Of a stretch of DNA of 40,117 nucleotides, positions 17,167-25,399 are shown in pieces. How positions within the stretch are numbered: the stretch's first letter is position 1; every line of letters begins with the position of its first letter. Location of the stretch: NCBI GenBank assembly GCA_964626775.1, contig CAZVGQ010000001.1, forward strand, positions 1 to 40,117, written 5' to 3'. The position numbers and the translations under genes were made by a program. This stretch comes from an uncultured Smithella sp. (GTDB taxonomy: Bacteria > Desulfobacterota > Syntrophia > Syntrophales > Smithellaceae). The notes below the pieces were generated by a model that was not told the origin of the DNA, searched no databases, and was given only the letters and a program-made list of their open reading frames with translations.

Positions 17167-18423
17167 CTAGGAAATATTGGACAAATGGGATTTTAGATTG
17201 GCTCTCTTTTTGTTCAAGCCTAATTTGTTACGTAATCGATAACGGTGAATATCAACAGCACCCTTGGAGATGTGCATGATATCCGCTATTTCTTTGCTGC
17301 TCTTGCCTTCTTTGATGAAATTGGCAATCATGATTTCCTTGTTGGTCAACTTCATGTATTTAGAGGAAAGTCTTTCGGAGAACGGAGAAATGATATCTTT
17401 GAGGTTGGATTCAAGGAGGTTGACATAAGCCAGGATTCTTTCATCGATCTTGCTTTTCTTCACAATGTCAATATACGGCAGGGCAAGTTCCTGGATGTTG
17501 GATAATATTTTTTCTTCCAGTTCCGCTTTATCATCCTCGCGTTGTTTGAGAAGAACTCGCAGAGCCGCATTCAATTCCTGCAGATTACCCGATTTGATCT
17601 TCAAAGATTTTTCCGCTTCCTTTAAAGCGGTCACGTCCGTGAGAGATGCGACGCTTTTTTTCGTGCCTGGAATCATGCTGCACGTCACCATCACGTTTTT
17701 GACGTTTCCACGACTGTCGATCAGATCATGCTCATAATTGCGAGGGGCGGCATTAGGGTCAATGCGCCTTAGCCTGTGATATTCCGTGATCATGGGGATG
17801 TATTCCTTGACCGTGTAATCCGACCACTTCTTCTTTCCTTCCCATTCCTGTTTAGAATAGCCGGTCAATTTTTCAAATTCAGAATTAATGAGAGAGATGG
17901 TCGTGTCTTCTTCTATGATAATGGTCGCAGTTCCCGTTGTGTCAAATATGGTGCGATAAAATATTTCTGTTTCCTGCAGTTTTTTTTCAGCTTTTTTCCT
18001 TTCGGTGATATCCATTGCATTGCCTAGGATCGCATGCTTTTTCTTAAACAATATCGATGTCGCCGTTCCAATGAGCCAGCAGATTTCGTTGTGTTTATTG
18101 ATGATTCTGTATTCGAAAGGGGATGTGCGTTTTCCACTCAGCATTTCACGCATATTGCGTTTTACATCGGCGCGATCCTCGGGATGGATGATGCTGTTTG
18201 CTTTTTTCCCCAGGAGTTCCTTTTGCGTGTAGCCGGTATATTGGGCTGCCAGGGGATTGATCCAAATATATTTTCCATCCTGTACCACATAAATACCGGC
18301 CAAAGCGTTTTCGAAAATGATTTGGTGCATATTTTCGTCTTCAACCGGTTTATAGGGAGAGGGGGCTTGACCTGCTGCCCGTTGAGAGCCTGTACGGTCT
18401 TTGGATTTAATTTTTTCATCCAT
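17167..18423 (-). CDS. PAS-PAS-LuxR family transcriptional regulator
   Basis: Two PAS/PAC-like modules (…FENALAGIYVV…DITERKKAE… and …YRTIFDTTGTATIII…LTDVTALKEAE…). A C-terminal LuxR-type helix-turn-helix follows (LTNKEIMIANFIKEGKSSKEIADIMHISKGAVDIHRYRLRNKLG). I prefer ATG 18423 over the TTG at 18441. Confidence 0.85.
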   Translation of the reverse strand: MDEKIKSKDRTGSQRAAGQAPSPYKPVEDENMHQIIFENALAGIYVVQDGKYIWINPLAAQYTGYTQKELLGKKANSIIHPEDRADVKRNMREMLSGKRTSPFEYRIINKHNEICWLIGTATSILFKKKHAILGNAMDITERKKAEKKLQETEIFYRTIFDTTGTATIIIEEDTTISLINSEFEKLTGYSKQEWEGKKKWSDYTVKEYIPMITEYHRLRRIDPNAAPRNYEHDLIDSRGNVKNVMVTCSMIPGTKKSVASLTDVTALKEAEKSLKIKSGNLQELNAALRVLLKQREDDKAELEEKILSNIQELALPYIDIVKKSKIDERILAYVNLLESNLKDIISPFSERLSSKYMKLTNKEIMIANFIKEGKSSKEIADIMHISKGAVDIHRYRLRNKLGLNKKRANLKSHLSNIS

Positions 18424-18508
18424 GTGCAACCCCTGAGGCAATATTTTTACCAGGGCAGAAGATTCGTCGGTCCTCCAGATTCAATAATGATTTCTTTCTC
18501 ATATATTT

Positions 18509-18537
18509 ATTATATGAAGAACAAATGGATGTGTCAA
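18509..18537 (-). promoter_or_regulatory. consensus sigma70 promoter (TTGACA-N17-TATAAT on the minus strand) for the PAS-LuxR regulator
   Basis: The reverse complement of 18532-18537 is TTGACA and that of 18509-18514 is TATAAT, with a 17-nt spacer. It lies ~85 nt upstream of ATG 18423. Confidence 0.6.
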
Positions 18538-18633
18538 CGGGATACTGCTAAAGGCCGTCCGAATGGTCGGCATCATCGATGGAGAAACTGTGCGAATAAC
18601 GTTGTTTTTTAAGATGTTGAAGCCCATAAAGAA

Positions 18634-18665
18634 ACCCTCGCCCTTCCGCGCGGATGGGCGAGGGT
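18634..18665 (-). terminator. Rho-independent terminator after the interrupted substrate-binding-protein gene
   Basis: A 10-bp stem, ACCCTCGCCC (18634-18643) pairing with GGGCGAGGGT (18656-18665), with a 12-nt loop. On the minus strand it is followed by TTCTTTAT. Confidence 0.55.
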
Positions 18666-18687
18666 AATGTTCAAGGCTGAGACTATT

Positions 18688-19935
18688 CTACAAGGCTTGA
18701 ATTACTGCAGCGGGCACCCAGCGGATGTTCTGCGGCTCGGTGAACTTGCTCATCTTCTTGTATTTTTCAAACTCTTCCTTGGTTTTCGGAAAGCTGAAGA
18801 TGTAATCCACCTTGCCGAATTTTCCGTTCTGGACCTGCTGCAGAACGCCGCCGCAATACATAACGCCCCGGTCATCGATGGTGAACAGCTCGTTGGGATA
18901 TTGATCGCCGGTCGTCGGCAGGGCTTTGGCGATGTTCTTGCGGATCTCCACCGCCTTGATGGAATCGGCGGCCCTGATGGCTCGCGCGAGAACGTGCATC
19001 ATGTTGTAATTCAGCGCGCATTCCCAGGTCATGTCTCGCTGATAGGCTTTGCTGTATTTTTTTGCGAAGACCGGCGTGATCGGCAACGGCAGATCCCGGC
19101 AGGAAGCGGTGCTGATCAATCCTTCCAGCAACTTCATGTTTTTGAGCACTTTGGCGATGTATTCGGGCTTGGCCTGGTCGATCATGACGAAGCCGCCTTT
19201 GAATCCCATGTTTCTGGCCTGTTCAATGACCAGCGCGGTTGTGGCCGATGGGCCGCCGATCAGGAGAAAGTCCGGTTTTTTGGAGAGTGCCGATGTGAGT
19301 TGGGACGAAAAGTCCGTCTCTGCGAAGTAGTTGGCCGGGAAATCGCCGACGATCTGGCCGCCTTTGGCCGTCCAGGCTTTGTTCCATGTGCTGCGCCACG
19401 CGTCCCCGTAAGCGCCCACGGTGACCACCATCGCGCAGGTTTTCCAGCCTCTGGCCAGGGCGGCGTCCGACATGTTCATCACATAGCCCACGAAGTTGGG
19501 CGTCGGGGTGATGATCAGGGGATGCTTCTTGTCGAAGAACACGTGAATGCTGGTGTAGGCGGCGATGATAAATTCGCTGCCGGGTGTCTGGGGGATCGAC
19601 ATCACGGAGCCGATCGTGGTTCCGATGGGAACGAAAACAAAGGGTGCTTTGTCCTGTGAAACGAAACGCAAGGTATTATTTTTTGCCCGGGTCGGATCGA
19701 CGGCGTCATCGAGCTTTTCCAGCCTGAACGTTTATTTCTTTCCCTTCACCTTCATGCCGCCCGAGGCGTTGATTTCTTTGACGGCCATGTCGATTCCGTT
19801 GAGGCAATCCTGGCCGTATTCGGCGGCGGGGCCGCTCAACGGACCGGTAAAACCGACGACGATTTCCTCGGCGTCTGCTTTCGCGCCCCAGGCGGCGGCC
19901 AAAAACACGAACAGGAAACACAACAACCGCTTCAT
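18688..19935 (-). pseudogene. ABC substrate-binding protein paralog interrupted by one in-frame TAA
   Basis: The 67-aa ORF (19732-19935) and the 327-aa ORF (18688-19671) are in the same frame, and the stretch between them is open. The only interruption is the TAA at 19732-19734. The joined product, ...GGMKVKGKK*TFRLEKLDDAVDPTRAKNNTLRFVSQDK..., aligns colinearly with the intact paralog at 9654-10892 (...GGFKVSGVPHTFKLERMDDRIDPVQTVNN...). Confidence 0.75.
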
Positions 19936-20115
19936 GACTTGCCTCCTCTTTCTGACGACGGACGATGAACCGTTGAAACGGCTTTTTCACCGGGGTTCCC
20001 GGCGTCTTTATATTTTTTTGTTTCGCGGTGTAAGGGGTCATACTATTGGGAATACGGCCTGTCAATGAAAAGCTGTCCAGTCCCGGCGGGCGCCGTTCTG
20101 CTTTCCCGTTTGTTT

Positions 20116-20145
20116 TTTACAAATTTCCGCGCGGCTTTATATAAA
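20116..20145 (+). promoter_or_regulatory. candidate sigma70 promoter at the 5' end of the long leader (TTTACA, then TATATAAA)
   Basis: TTTACA at 20116-20121. The -10 region TATATAAA at 20138-20145 gives hexamer options at 16-18 nt spacing. Confidence 0.35.
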
Positions 20146-20505
20146 AAACGAGTTGAATTTTTTTTCGTTGACAAACCCGCCAACTTATTTTAAGCAGTAA
20201 AAAACTTTTTTCGCTATATGTGCCGATGTTTCGGGGTGCCATAACAAAGCAGCTGAAAAGCGCATGACTGTTGGAAGCCGAATCCTGGAACGAATGTCCA
20301 AGCGGTTTTCCTGAAGAGGGAACAGATACAACTTCCTGAAGCTTTGGAGGCCTTGTGGTCGCAATCGTTTTTGCGTTAAAACGGATTGCCCGGACTCAGA
20401 TCAACCCGCCCAACTCCCAAAAGGATGAAACACCGACTCACAGCCATTTACTAACCGTCAGTCATTTTCCATTTTTCAAAAATCTACCATTCGCAATTTT
20501 TCCAT

Positions 20506-20551
20506 CAGCCGCCGGCCGGGTTGTGCTATGGCCCGGCGGCTGTTGCGTTTT
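20506..20551 (+). terminator. intrinsic terminator-like hairpin inside the leader upstream of the second transporter operon
   Basis: A GC-rich 10-bp stem, CAGCCGCCGG (20506-20515) pairing with CCGGCGGCTG (20533-20542). It is followed by TTGCGTTTTT. No plus-strand CDS lies upstream of it. Confidence 0.6.
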
Positions 20552-20681
20552 TGCTCGATGCACCGGAGGTCTTCCGCTCCGGGGCTGATCCAGGCGAAAG
20601 AAGTGGTCCACCGAAAACGGAGGGCCTTCTCATCAGCGTGGCATTGAAAAAATTTCGATTGATCAAAGAGGGTAAAAAGGC

Positions 20682-21557
20682 ATGGTGACGTATATTGAGA
20701 ATGTTCTGGTTTTTACGTTTGTAATGGGGTCCATTTATCTTCTGCTGGCCCTTGGCTTCTCCCTGATCTGCGGGGTGCTGCGGATTTTTCATCTTGGATA
20801 CGCCTACATCTTTCCACTTACGGTTTACGGTACCTGGATGTTCATGTCGGCCCTGGGATGGCCCCTGATTCCCTCCATTCTCGGAATGATCGTCGTTCAG
20901 TTCATCGTTTCCATCATTATTTACAAGGGAATGATCAAGAAATACATGACGACGGAAGATGTCCTCCTGACAGCCCTTCTGCTGGTCGCGCTGATCGTGG
21001 AACAGGCCGCGAATTACTTTTATCCGATTCAGACGGGCGTGTATCTGGAAACCACTCTGGCCGAAGGCACCTATCAGTTCGGTGACGCGGTGGTGCCCAA
21101 ACAGCTGATTATCGGCGCCCTGATCGCGCTGGCGATGACCGGCGCCTTTGTATTCTTCTTTGTTAAAACAAAAACCGGCATGGCCATCCGCGCTTTGTCC
21201 CAGGATATTTATTCATCGAAAATTGTCGGTATTAATGTTGAAACGCTTTATATTTTTACGATGATGATCGTCCTTTTGCCTGTTATCATCGGTACGCTTC
21301 TTACAGCGCCTGTCTGGTCAGTTGAGCCGGCCATGGGTTGGATGTACATGGTGACAGCGATCCTGGTCGCGGTTTTAGGCGGGTTGGGCAACATTAAAGG
21401 CACGATCATTGCCAGTTTTTTAATCGGATTTACCCACGCCATTGTTTGTTTTGTTCTCGGAGAGCCGCGCTTCATGAATCTGTCGGCGCTGATTCTCGTC
21501 ATGATCATATTGGTTATTCGACCCCAAGGATTAGCAAGGAGTGAATCGCTATGGTAG
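20682..21557 (+). CDS. branched-chain-amino-acid-type ABC permease (LivH-type)
   Basis: A polytopic membrane protein with a LivH-like N-terminus (FVMGSIYLLLALGFSLICGVLRIFHLGYA). Confidence 0.85.
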   Translation: MVTYIENVLVFTFVMGSIYLLLALGFSLICGVLRIFHLGYAYIFPLTVYGTWMFMSALGWPLIPSILGMIVVQFIVSIIIYKGMIKKYMTTEDVLLTALLLVALIVEQAANYFYPIQTGVYLETTLAEGTYQFGDAVVPKQLIIGALIALAMTGAFVFFFVKTKTGMAIRALSQDIYSSKIVGINVETLYIFTMMIVLLPVIIGTLLTAPVWSVEPAMGWMYMVTAILVAVLGGLGNIKGTIIASFLIGFTHAIVCFVLGEPRFMNLSALILVMIILVIRPQGLARSESLW

Positions 21558-22591
21558 AAATGGAATTAAAGAGAGACCGAATTGTTATCCGGCTTGGAAC
21601 AAAAAAGTGGGAATGGGTTCTTGAGCCGCGTTACTGGCGCAACACCCTGCTGTGGGCGGCCTTCCTAATGATCGCCCCGGCGGTCGCCTATTTTGTCAGC
21701 CCCGGGTTGATCAACACGATGATTTCAGCCAATATCTACGCCGCCATTGCAATGCCGCTGGCGCTGATGACCATCGGCACGGGGCGCATGAATTTCGGCC
21801 CTCAATTTTACATCGGCGTGGGAGGCTATACGGCGGCGCTCTTGAGCATTGCTTACGGTTGGGGGCCGCTGACTACTTTGCCCTTTGCCATCCTGATGTC
21901 CATGATTGCGGCGCTGATCTTCAGCCCGCTGGTCATCATGGCGCGGGGCCTTTACTACGTTCTCCTGACGCTGCTGCTGCCGCTGGTTTTTCTGGAAGTG
22001 ACCTTCATCTATACCGACATTTTCAAGGGCGATACGGGACTTTTCGGCATTGTGCCGCTTTTGGACACCGGCAACGCCAAAAACAATTTTTTGATCATCG
22101 GTTATCTTTCCACGGCGATCATGTTTGCTTATTTGTGGTTCATCAACAAAATCCTGAAATCCCGCTACGGGCTTTTAATGGCGTCGATCAACGATGATGA
22201 AGATGTTGCCCACTCCATCGGCATCAATATCAACAAGATCAAAATTATCGCATTTGTCGCCGCCTCGACGCTGATCGGCATCATCGGATGGTTTTACGCG
22301 CACTATTTCAGCTCGTTTGCCGGCATTACGTACCTGCCGCTGACGTTTATGCTGAAGGTTCTCTTGGTCCTGATGATCGGCGGACGCGCCCAGGTGTTCG
22401 GCTGCGTGGTCGGCGGCTATTTTGTCGCCTTCTTGGAGATGCTGATGATTCGATTTATGGGGCCGATCCAACCGCTGTTGTTCCCCATTATTCTTCTGAT
22501 TTTGTTGTTTATTCTTCCGGAAGGCTTGTTCGGCCTTTATCGAAAGCGCCGTTATCGCGAATATTTGCCAACCATTCACGTGCGGAGGTAG
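21551..22591 (+). CDS. branched-chain-amino-acid-type ABC permease (LivM-type)
   Basis: A polytopic membrane protein of LivM-like size. It overlaps the upstream permease gene by 7 nt. Confidence 0.85.
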   Translation: MVEMELKRDRIVIRLGTKKWEWVLEPRYWRNTLLWAAFLMIAPAVAYFVSPGLINTMISANIYAAIAMPLALMTIGTGRMNFGPQFYIGVGGYTAALLSIAYGWGPLTTLPFAILMSMIAALIFSPLVIMARGLYYVLLTLLLPLVFLEVTFIYTDIFKGDTGLFGIVPLLDTGNAKNNFLIIGYLSTAIMFAYLWFINKILKSRYGLLMASINDDEDVAHSIGININKIKIIAFVAASTLIGIIGWFYAHYFSSFAGITYLPLTFMLKVLLVLMIGGRAQVFGCVVGGYFVAFLEMLMIRFMGPIQPLLFPIILLILLFILPEGLFGLYRKRRYREYLPTIHVRR

Positions 22592-22597
22592 AAAGCC

Positions 22598-23344
22598 ATG
22601 ACTCCATTGGTGAAAGTAAGCAATCTGGTCAAGCGTTTCGGAGGAATCGTGGCGGTCAACGACGTATCCTTTGAAATTTACAAGGGGGAAACGCTGGGGT
22701 TTATCGGTCCCAACGGCGCCGGCAAATCCACCGTGGTCAATTGCCTGACGGGTTATCTTCCCGCGACGTCCGGAAAGGTGGAAATGAACGGCGTGGACAT
22801 CACGCGCATGAAGCCGCATCAGAGAGTGCATATGGGGCTTGCCCGCACCTATCAGATACCGCGTCCTTTTCCGGAGCTCACCGCGCTGACCAGCGTACTG
22901 GCCAGCTCCATTTCCGGCAAAAAAAGAGTCAACCAGAGTTTTCAGGACGCCATGTATGACGCGACGCATTATCTGGAATTCGTCGGGCTCTTCAGCAAGC
23001 GCAACATTCTGGCGCGTGACCTGACTTTTTATGAACTGAGAATGCTGGAGCTGGCGAGAGCCCTGGCCACGACGCCCCAGCTGCTGTTTATTGACGAAGT
23101 CATGGCCGGCCTGAATCCCGGAGAAGCCAAAAACGCCATCCAGATGATCCGGAAGGCCAAGGAGCAATTCGGCATTACGGTCTTCTGGATCGAGCATGTC
23201 ATGGCGGTCCTGATGGAGGCGGCCGACAGGATTGTCGCGATCAATTACGGGGCCAAACTGGCGGAAGGCACACCGGATCAGGTGGTGAATAATGATGATG
23301 TAATTGAAGCGTATCTGGGCAGAGGTTGGAGGAAATATGCTTGA
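22598..23344 (+). CDS. ABC transporter ATP-binding protein (LivG-type)
   Basis: VSNLVKRFGGIVAVNDVSF, Walker A GPNGAGKST and Walker B LLFIDEVMAG. Confidence 0.9.
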   Translation: MTPLVKVSNLVKRFGGIVAVNDVSFEIYKGETLGFIGPNGAGKSTVVNCLTGYLPATSGKVEMNGVDITRMKPHQRVHMGLARTYQIPRPFPELTALTSVLASSISGKKRVNQSFQDAMYDATHYLEFVGLFSKRNILARDLTFYELRMLELARALATTPQLLFIDEVMAGLNPGEAKNAIQMIRKAKEQFGITVFWIEHVMAVLMEAADRIVAINYGAKLAEGTPDQVVNNDDVIEAYLGRGWRKYA

Positions 23345-24041
23345 AGTAAGTGATCTGAGCGCGTCTTACGGCGTCATACCGGCGCTGCACGGGGTCAGTT
23401 TCAATGTCCGGCAGTCGGAAATCGTGACCATCCTGGGATCGAACGGCACGGGGAAAAGCACGATCCTCAATGTCGTTCAGGGCATGATGACCGGCACCAG
23501 CGGCAGAATTATTTTCCGAGACGAAGCCATTCAGGGTCTGCCGTCGCATAAAATTGTCGATCGGGGAGTTGTGCAGGTCCCGGAAGGCATGAAAAGTTTT
23601 CCTTTTATGACCGTCAAAGAAAATTTGATGCTGGGGGCCTATCGGAAAACATCCTGGTCTAAAAGAAAACAAACGATTCAATATGTGTACAGCCTTTTCC
23701 CGATTCTGAAGGAACGCTCCAACATGTCGGCCCGCCTCCTTTCCGGCGGTGAGCAGCAGATGCTGAAGATCGGACGGGGGCTGATGGCCAATCCGCATCT
23801 TTTGATGGTGGATGAACCGTCCATCGGTCTGGCGCCGCTTATTGTGGACAGTGTTTACGAAACGCTTGGGAAGCTTCGGGAAACGGGGCTGACCATTCTC
23901 CTGACCGAGCAAAACGCCCTGCGCGCTCTGCAGCTGGCTGACCGTGGTTACATTCTTCAGGAAGGACGAATCGTTCTGGAGGGAAGATCGGCGGAATTGA
24001 TGAAGAACAATTTGGTGAAAAAGGCATATTTAGGGAGATAG
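23337..24041 (+). CDS. ABC transporter ATP-binding protein (LivF-type)
   Basis: Starts MLEVSDLSASYG at ATG 23337, after GGAGG. Walker A GSNGTGKST, signature LSGGEQQ and Walker B LLMVDEP. Confidence 0.9.
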   Translation: MLEVSDLSASYGVIPALHGVSFNVRQSEIVTILGSNGTGKSTILNVVQGMMTGTSGRIIFRDEAIQGLPSHKIVDRGVVQVPEGMKSFPFMTVKENLMLGAYRKTSWSKRKQTIQYVYSLFPILKERSNMSARLLSGGEQQMLKIGRGLMANPHLLMVDEPSIGLAPLIVDSVYETLGKLRETGLTILLTEQNALRALQLADRGYILQEGRIVLEGRSAELMKNNLVKKAYLGR

Positions 24042-24043
24042 CA

Positions 24044-25399
24044 ATGGAAGATTATTTTTCTTATACGGCAAAACTTTTCAATCCCGAGGAGGCAAGCCAA
24101 AAGCCTGAAGCGCTCAAAGGCATCCGGGTGATGGATTTTTCCCACGTCATCTTCGGGCCGATTGCGGCGAGGCTTCTGGCGGATTACGGCGCGGAAGTGA
24201 TCAAGCTGGAGCTGCCTTTTTACGGCGATCTTTGGCGTCCGGCGACGTACTGGGGCAAATACTGGAAGCACTCGAATCCCATTTGGCACAATATCACCAA
24301 GAACAAGTATTTCCTCTCGGTGAACCTGCAGCTCAGGGAATCGAAAGAACTGATTTATCAAATGGCCAAAGATGCGGACGTAGTCATTGAAAACTTTGCG
24401 CCCGGAACGGCGGACGCCTGGGGCATCGGCTATGAGAAAATCTCCAAAATCAACCCGAACATCATATTCTTGAGCTGTTCCACTTACGGCCAGTTCGGTC
24501 CGATGCGGTATTTCCCCGGGTGGGATCTTCTGGCCCAGGGCGCAAGCGGCGTGCTGACCCTGAACGGCTATCCGGACACGGACAATTTTTACAAGCTGCC
24601 GGACTACGTGGGCGACTTCGTGCCGGGCAATTTTGCCGCGCTGGCCGCGCTGATGGCGCTGTACTACCGGAAGAAAACCGGAAAGGGTCAGTACATCGAC
24701 ATGGCGCAGACCGAAGGGCTGATGCGAACCCTTTTTCATTATACCTATTATTCCGTGACTCAAAAAGCGATCGGACGCACCGGAAATGTCGATCCCACGA
24801 TGGTGCCGGCGGCCATCTTTAAAACGGCCGACGACAAGTTTCTGGCGCTGGCCTGCGCGACGTCCGAACAGTTTGAAAATTTCGCCCGGGCCATCGGCAG
24901 GCCCGAGCTGTCTTCGGATCCGCGGTTTTCGGATACGCTGGAGCGGCTGAAGCCGGAAAACGCCAAAGCGCTCCATGAGATCGCGGTGGACTGGATCCGG
25001 TCGCAGCCCTGCGCTGATGTGATCCGCCTGGCCGACGATAAGAATTTTCCGGCGGCGGAGGTGGCGGACGATTACATGATCGCCAATGAGGAATGGCGCC
25101 GCAAACGCGGAAGCGTGGTGCTTTTCAAGGACGATGTGTACGGCCATCTGGTGATTGCCGGTCCGTCCGCCATGCTTTCCGGCACGCCTTCCCGCACCAA
25201 GTGGCTGGCGCGGCCGCTGGGGTATCACAACCGGCTGGTGCTCAAGAAATTTCTGGGGTTGAGCGAAGCGGACATTGAAAAGCTGGAGAAGAAAAAAGTC
25301 ATCGGGACATTTGACGACAGACCGGGATTGAAGCCGCCTGTCTATTACGATCTGAGCAAGGACCCCATCTATAACTACGGAAAAGAGGTTGGAAAATGA
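24044..25399 (+). CDS. family III CoA-transferase (CaiB/BaiF/Frc family), putative catalytic subunit
   Basis: The N-terminal signature LKGIRVMDFSHVIFGPIAARLLADYGAEVIKLE. The segment GDFVPGNFAALAALMALYYRKKTGKGQ carries an Asp at the position of the catalytic Asp169 of CaiB/Frc (aligned from memory). Confidence 0.85.
   Translation: MEDYFSYTAKLFNPEEASQKPEALKGIRVMDFSHVIFGPIAARLLADYGAEVIKLELPFYGDLWRPATYWGKYWKHSNPIWHNITKNKYFLSVNLQLRESKELIYQMAKDADVVIENFAPGTADAWGIGYEKISKINPNIIFLSCSTYGQFGPMRYFPGWDLLAQGASGVLTLNGYPDTDNFYKLPDYVGDFVPGNFAALAALMALYYRKKTGKGQYIDMAQTEGLMRTLFHYTYYSVTQKAIGRTGNVDPTMVPAAIFKTADDKFLALACATSEQFENFARAIGRPELSSDPRFSDTLERLKPENAKALHEIAVDWIRSQPCADVIRLADDKNFPAAEVADDYMIANEEWRRKRGSVVLFKDDVYGHLVIAGPSAMLSGTPSRTKWLARPLGYHNRLVLKKFLGLSEADIEKLEKKKVIGTFDDRPGLKPPVYYDLSKDPIYNYGKEVGK

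Noticed and set aside
19732-19734. The in-frame TAA in the binding-protein paralog as possible programmed recoding, or as a split into two functional genes.
   Set aside because: TAA is not used for selenocysteine or pyrrolysine. The 67-aa upstream piece would be only a signal peptide plus ~45 residues. The downstream piece would restart at a TTG (19671) without a signal peptide or ribosome-binding site. A pseudogene or a sequencing error is the simpler reading.
20231-20325. Superficial resemblance to a TPP (THI-box) riboswitch: CGGGGTGCC ... GCTGAAAAG ... CCTGGAACGAATGTCCAAGCGG ... AGAGGGAAC.
   Set aside because: The invariant CUGAGA is CUGAAA here. No ACCC segment is present to close the P2 helix with GGGG. 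The downstream genes are not thiamine-related. I treat it as a chance resemblance unless a covariance-model search says otherwise.
20355-20588. A 77-aa plus-strand ORF inside the long leader.
   Set aside because: It has no ribosome-binding site. Its composition is odd and Pro/Cys/Gly-rich towards the end. It runs straight through the terminator hairpin. It is more likely non-coding.
20639-20655. A TGGCAT element that could be the -24 box of a sigma54 promoter upstream of the livH-type gene.
   Set aside because: No GC dinucleotide sits at the -12 position (the sequence is TGGCATTGAAAAAATTT). Other TGG-containing candidates in 20260-20380 and 17100-17125 also fail the GG-N10-GC spacing.
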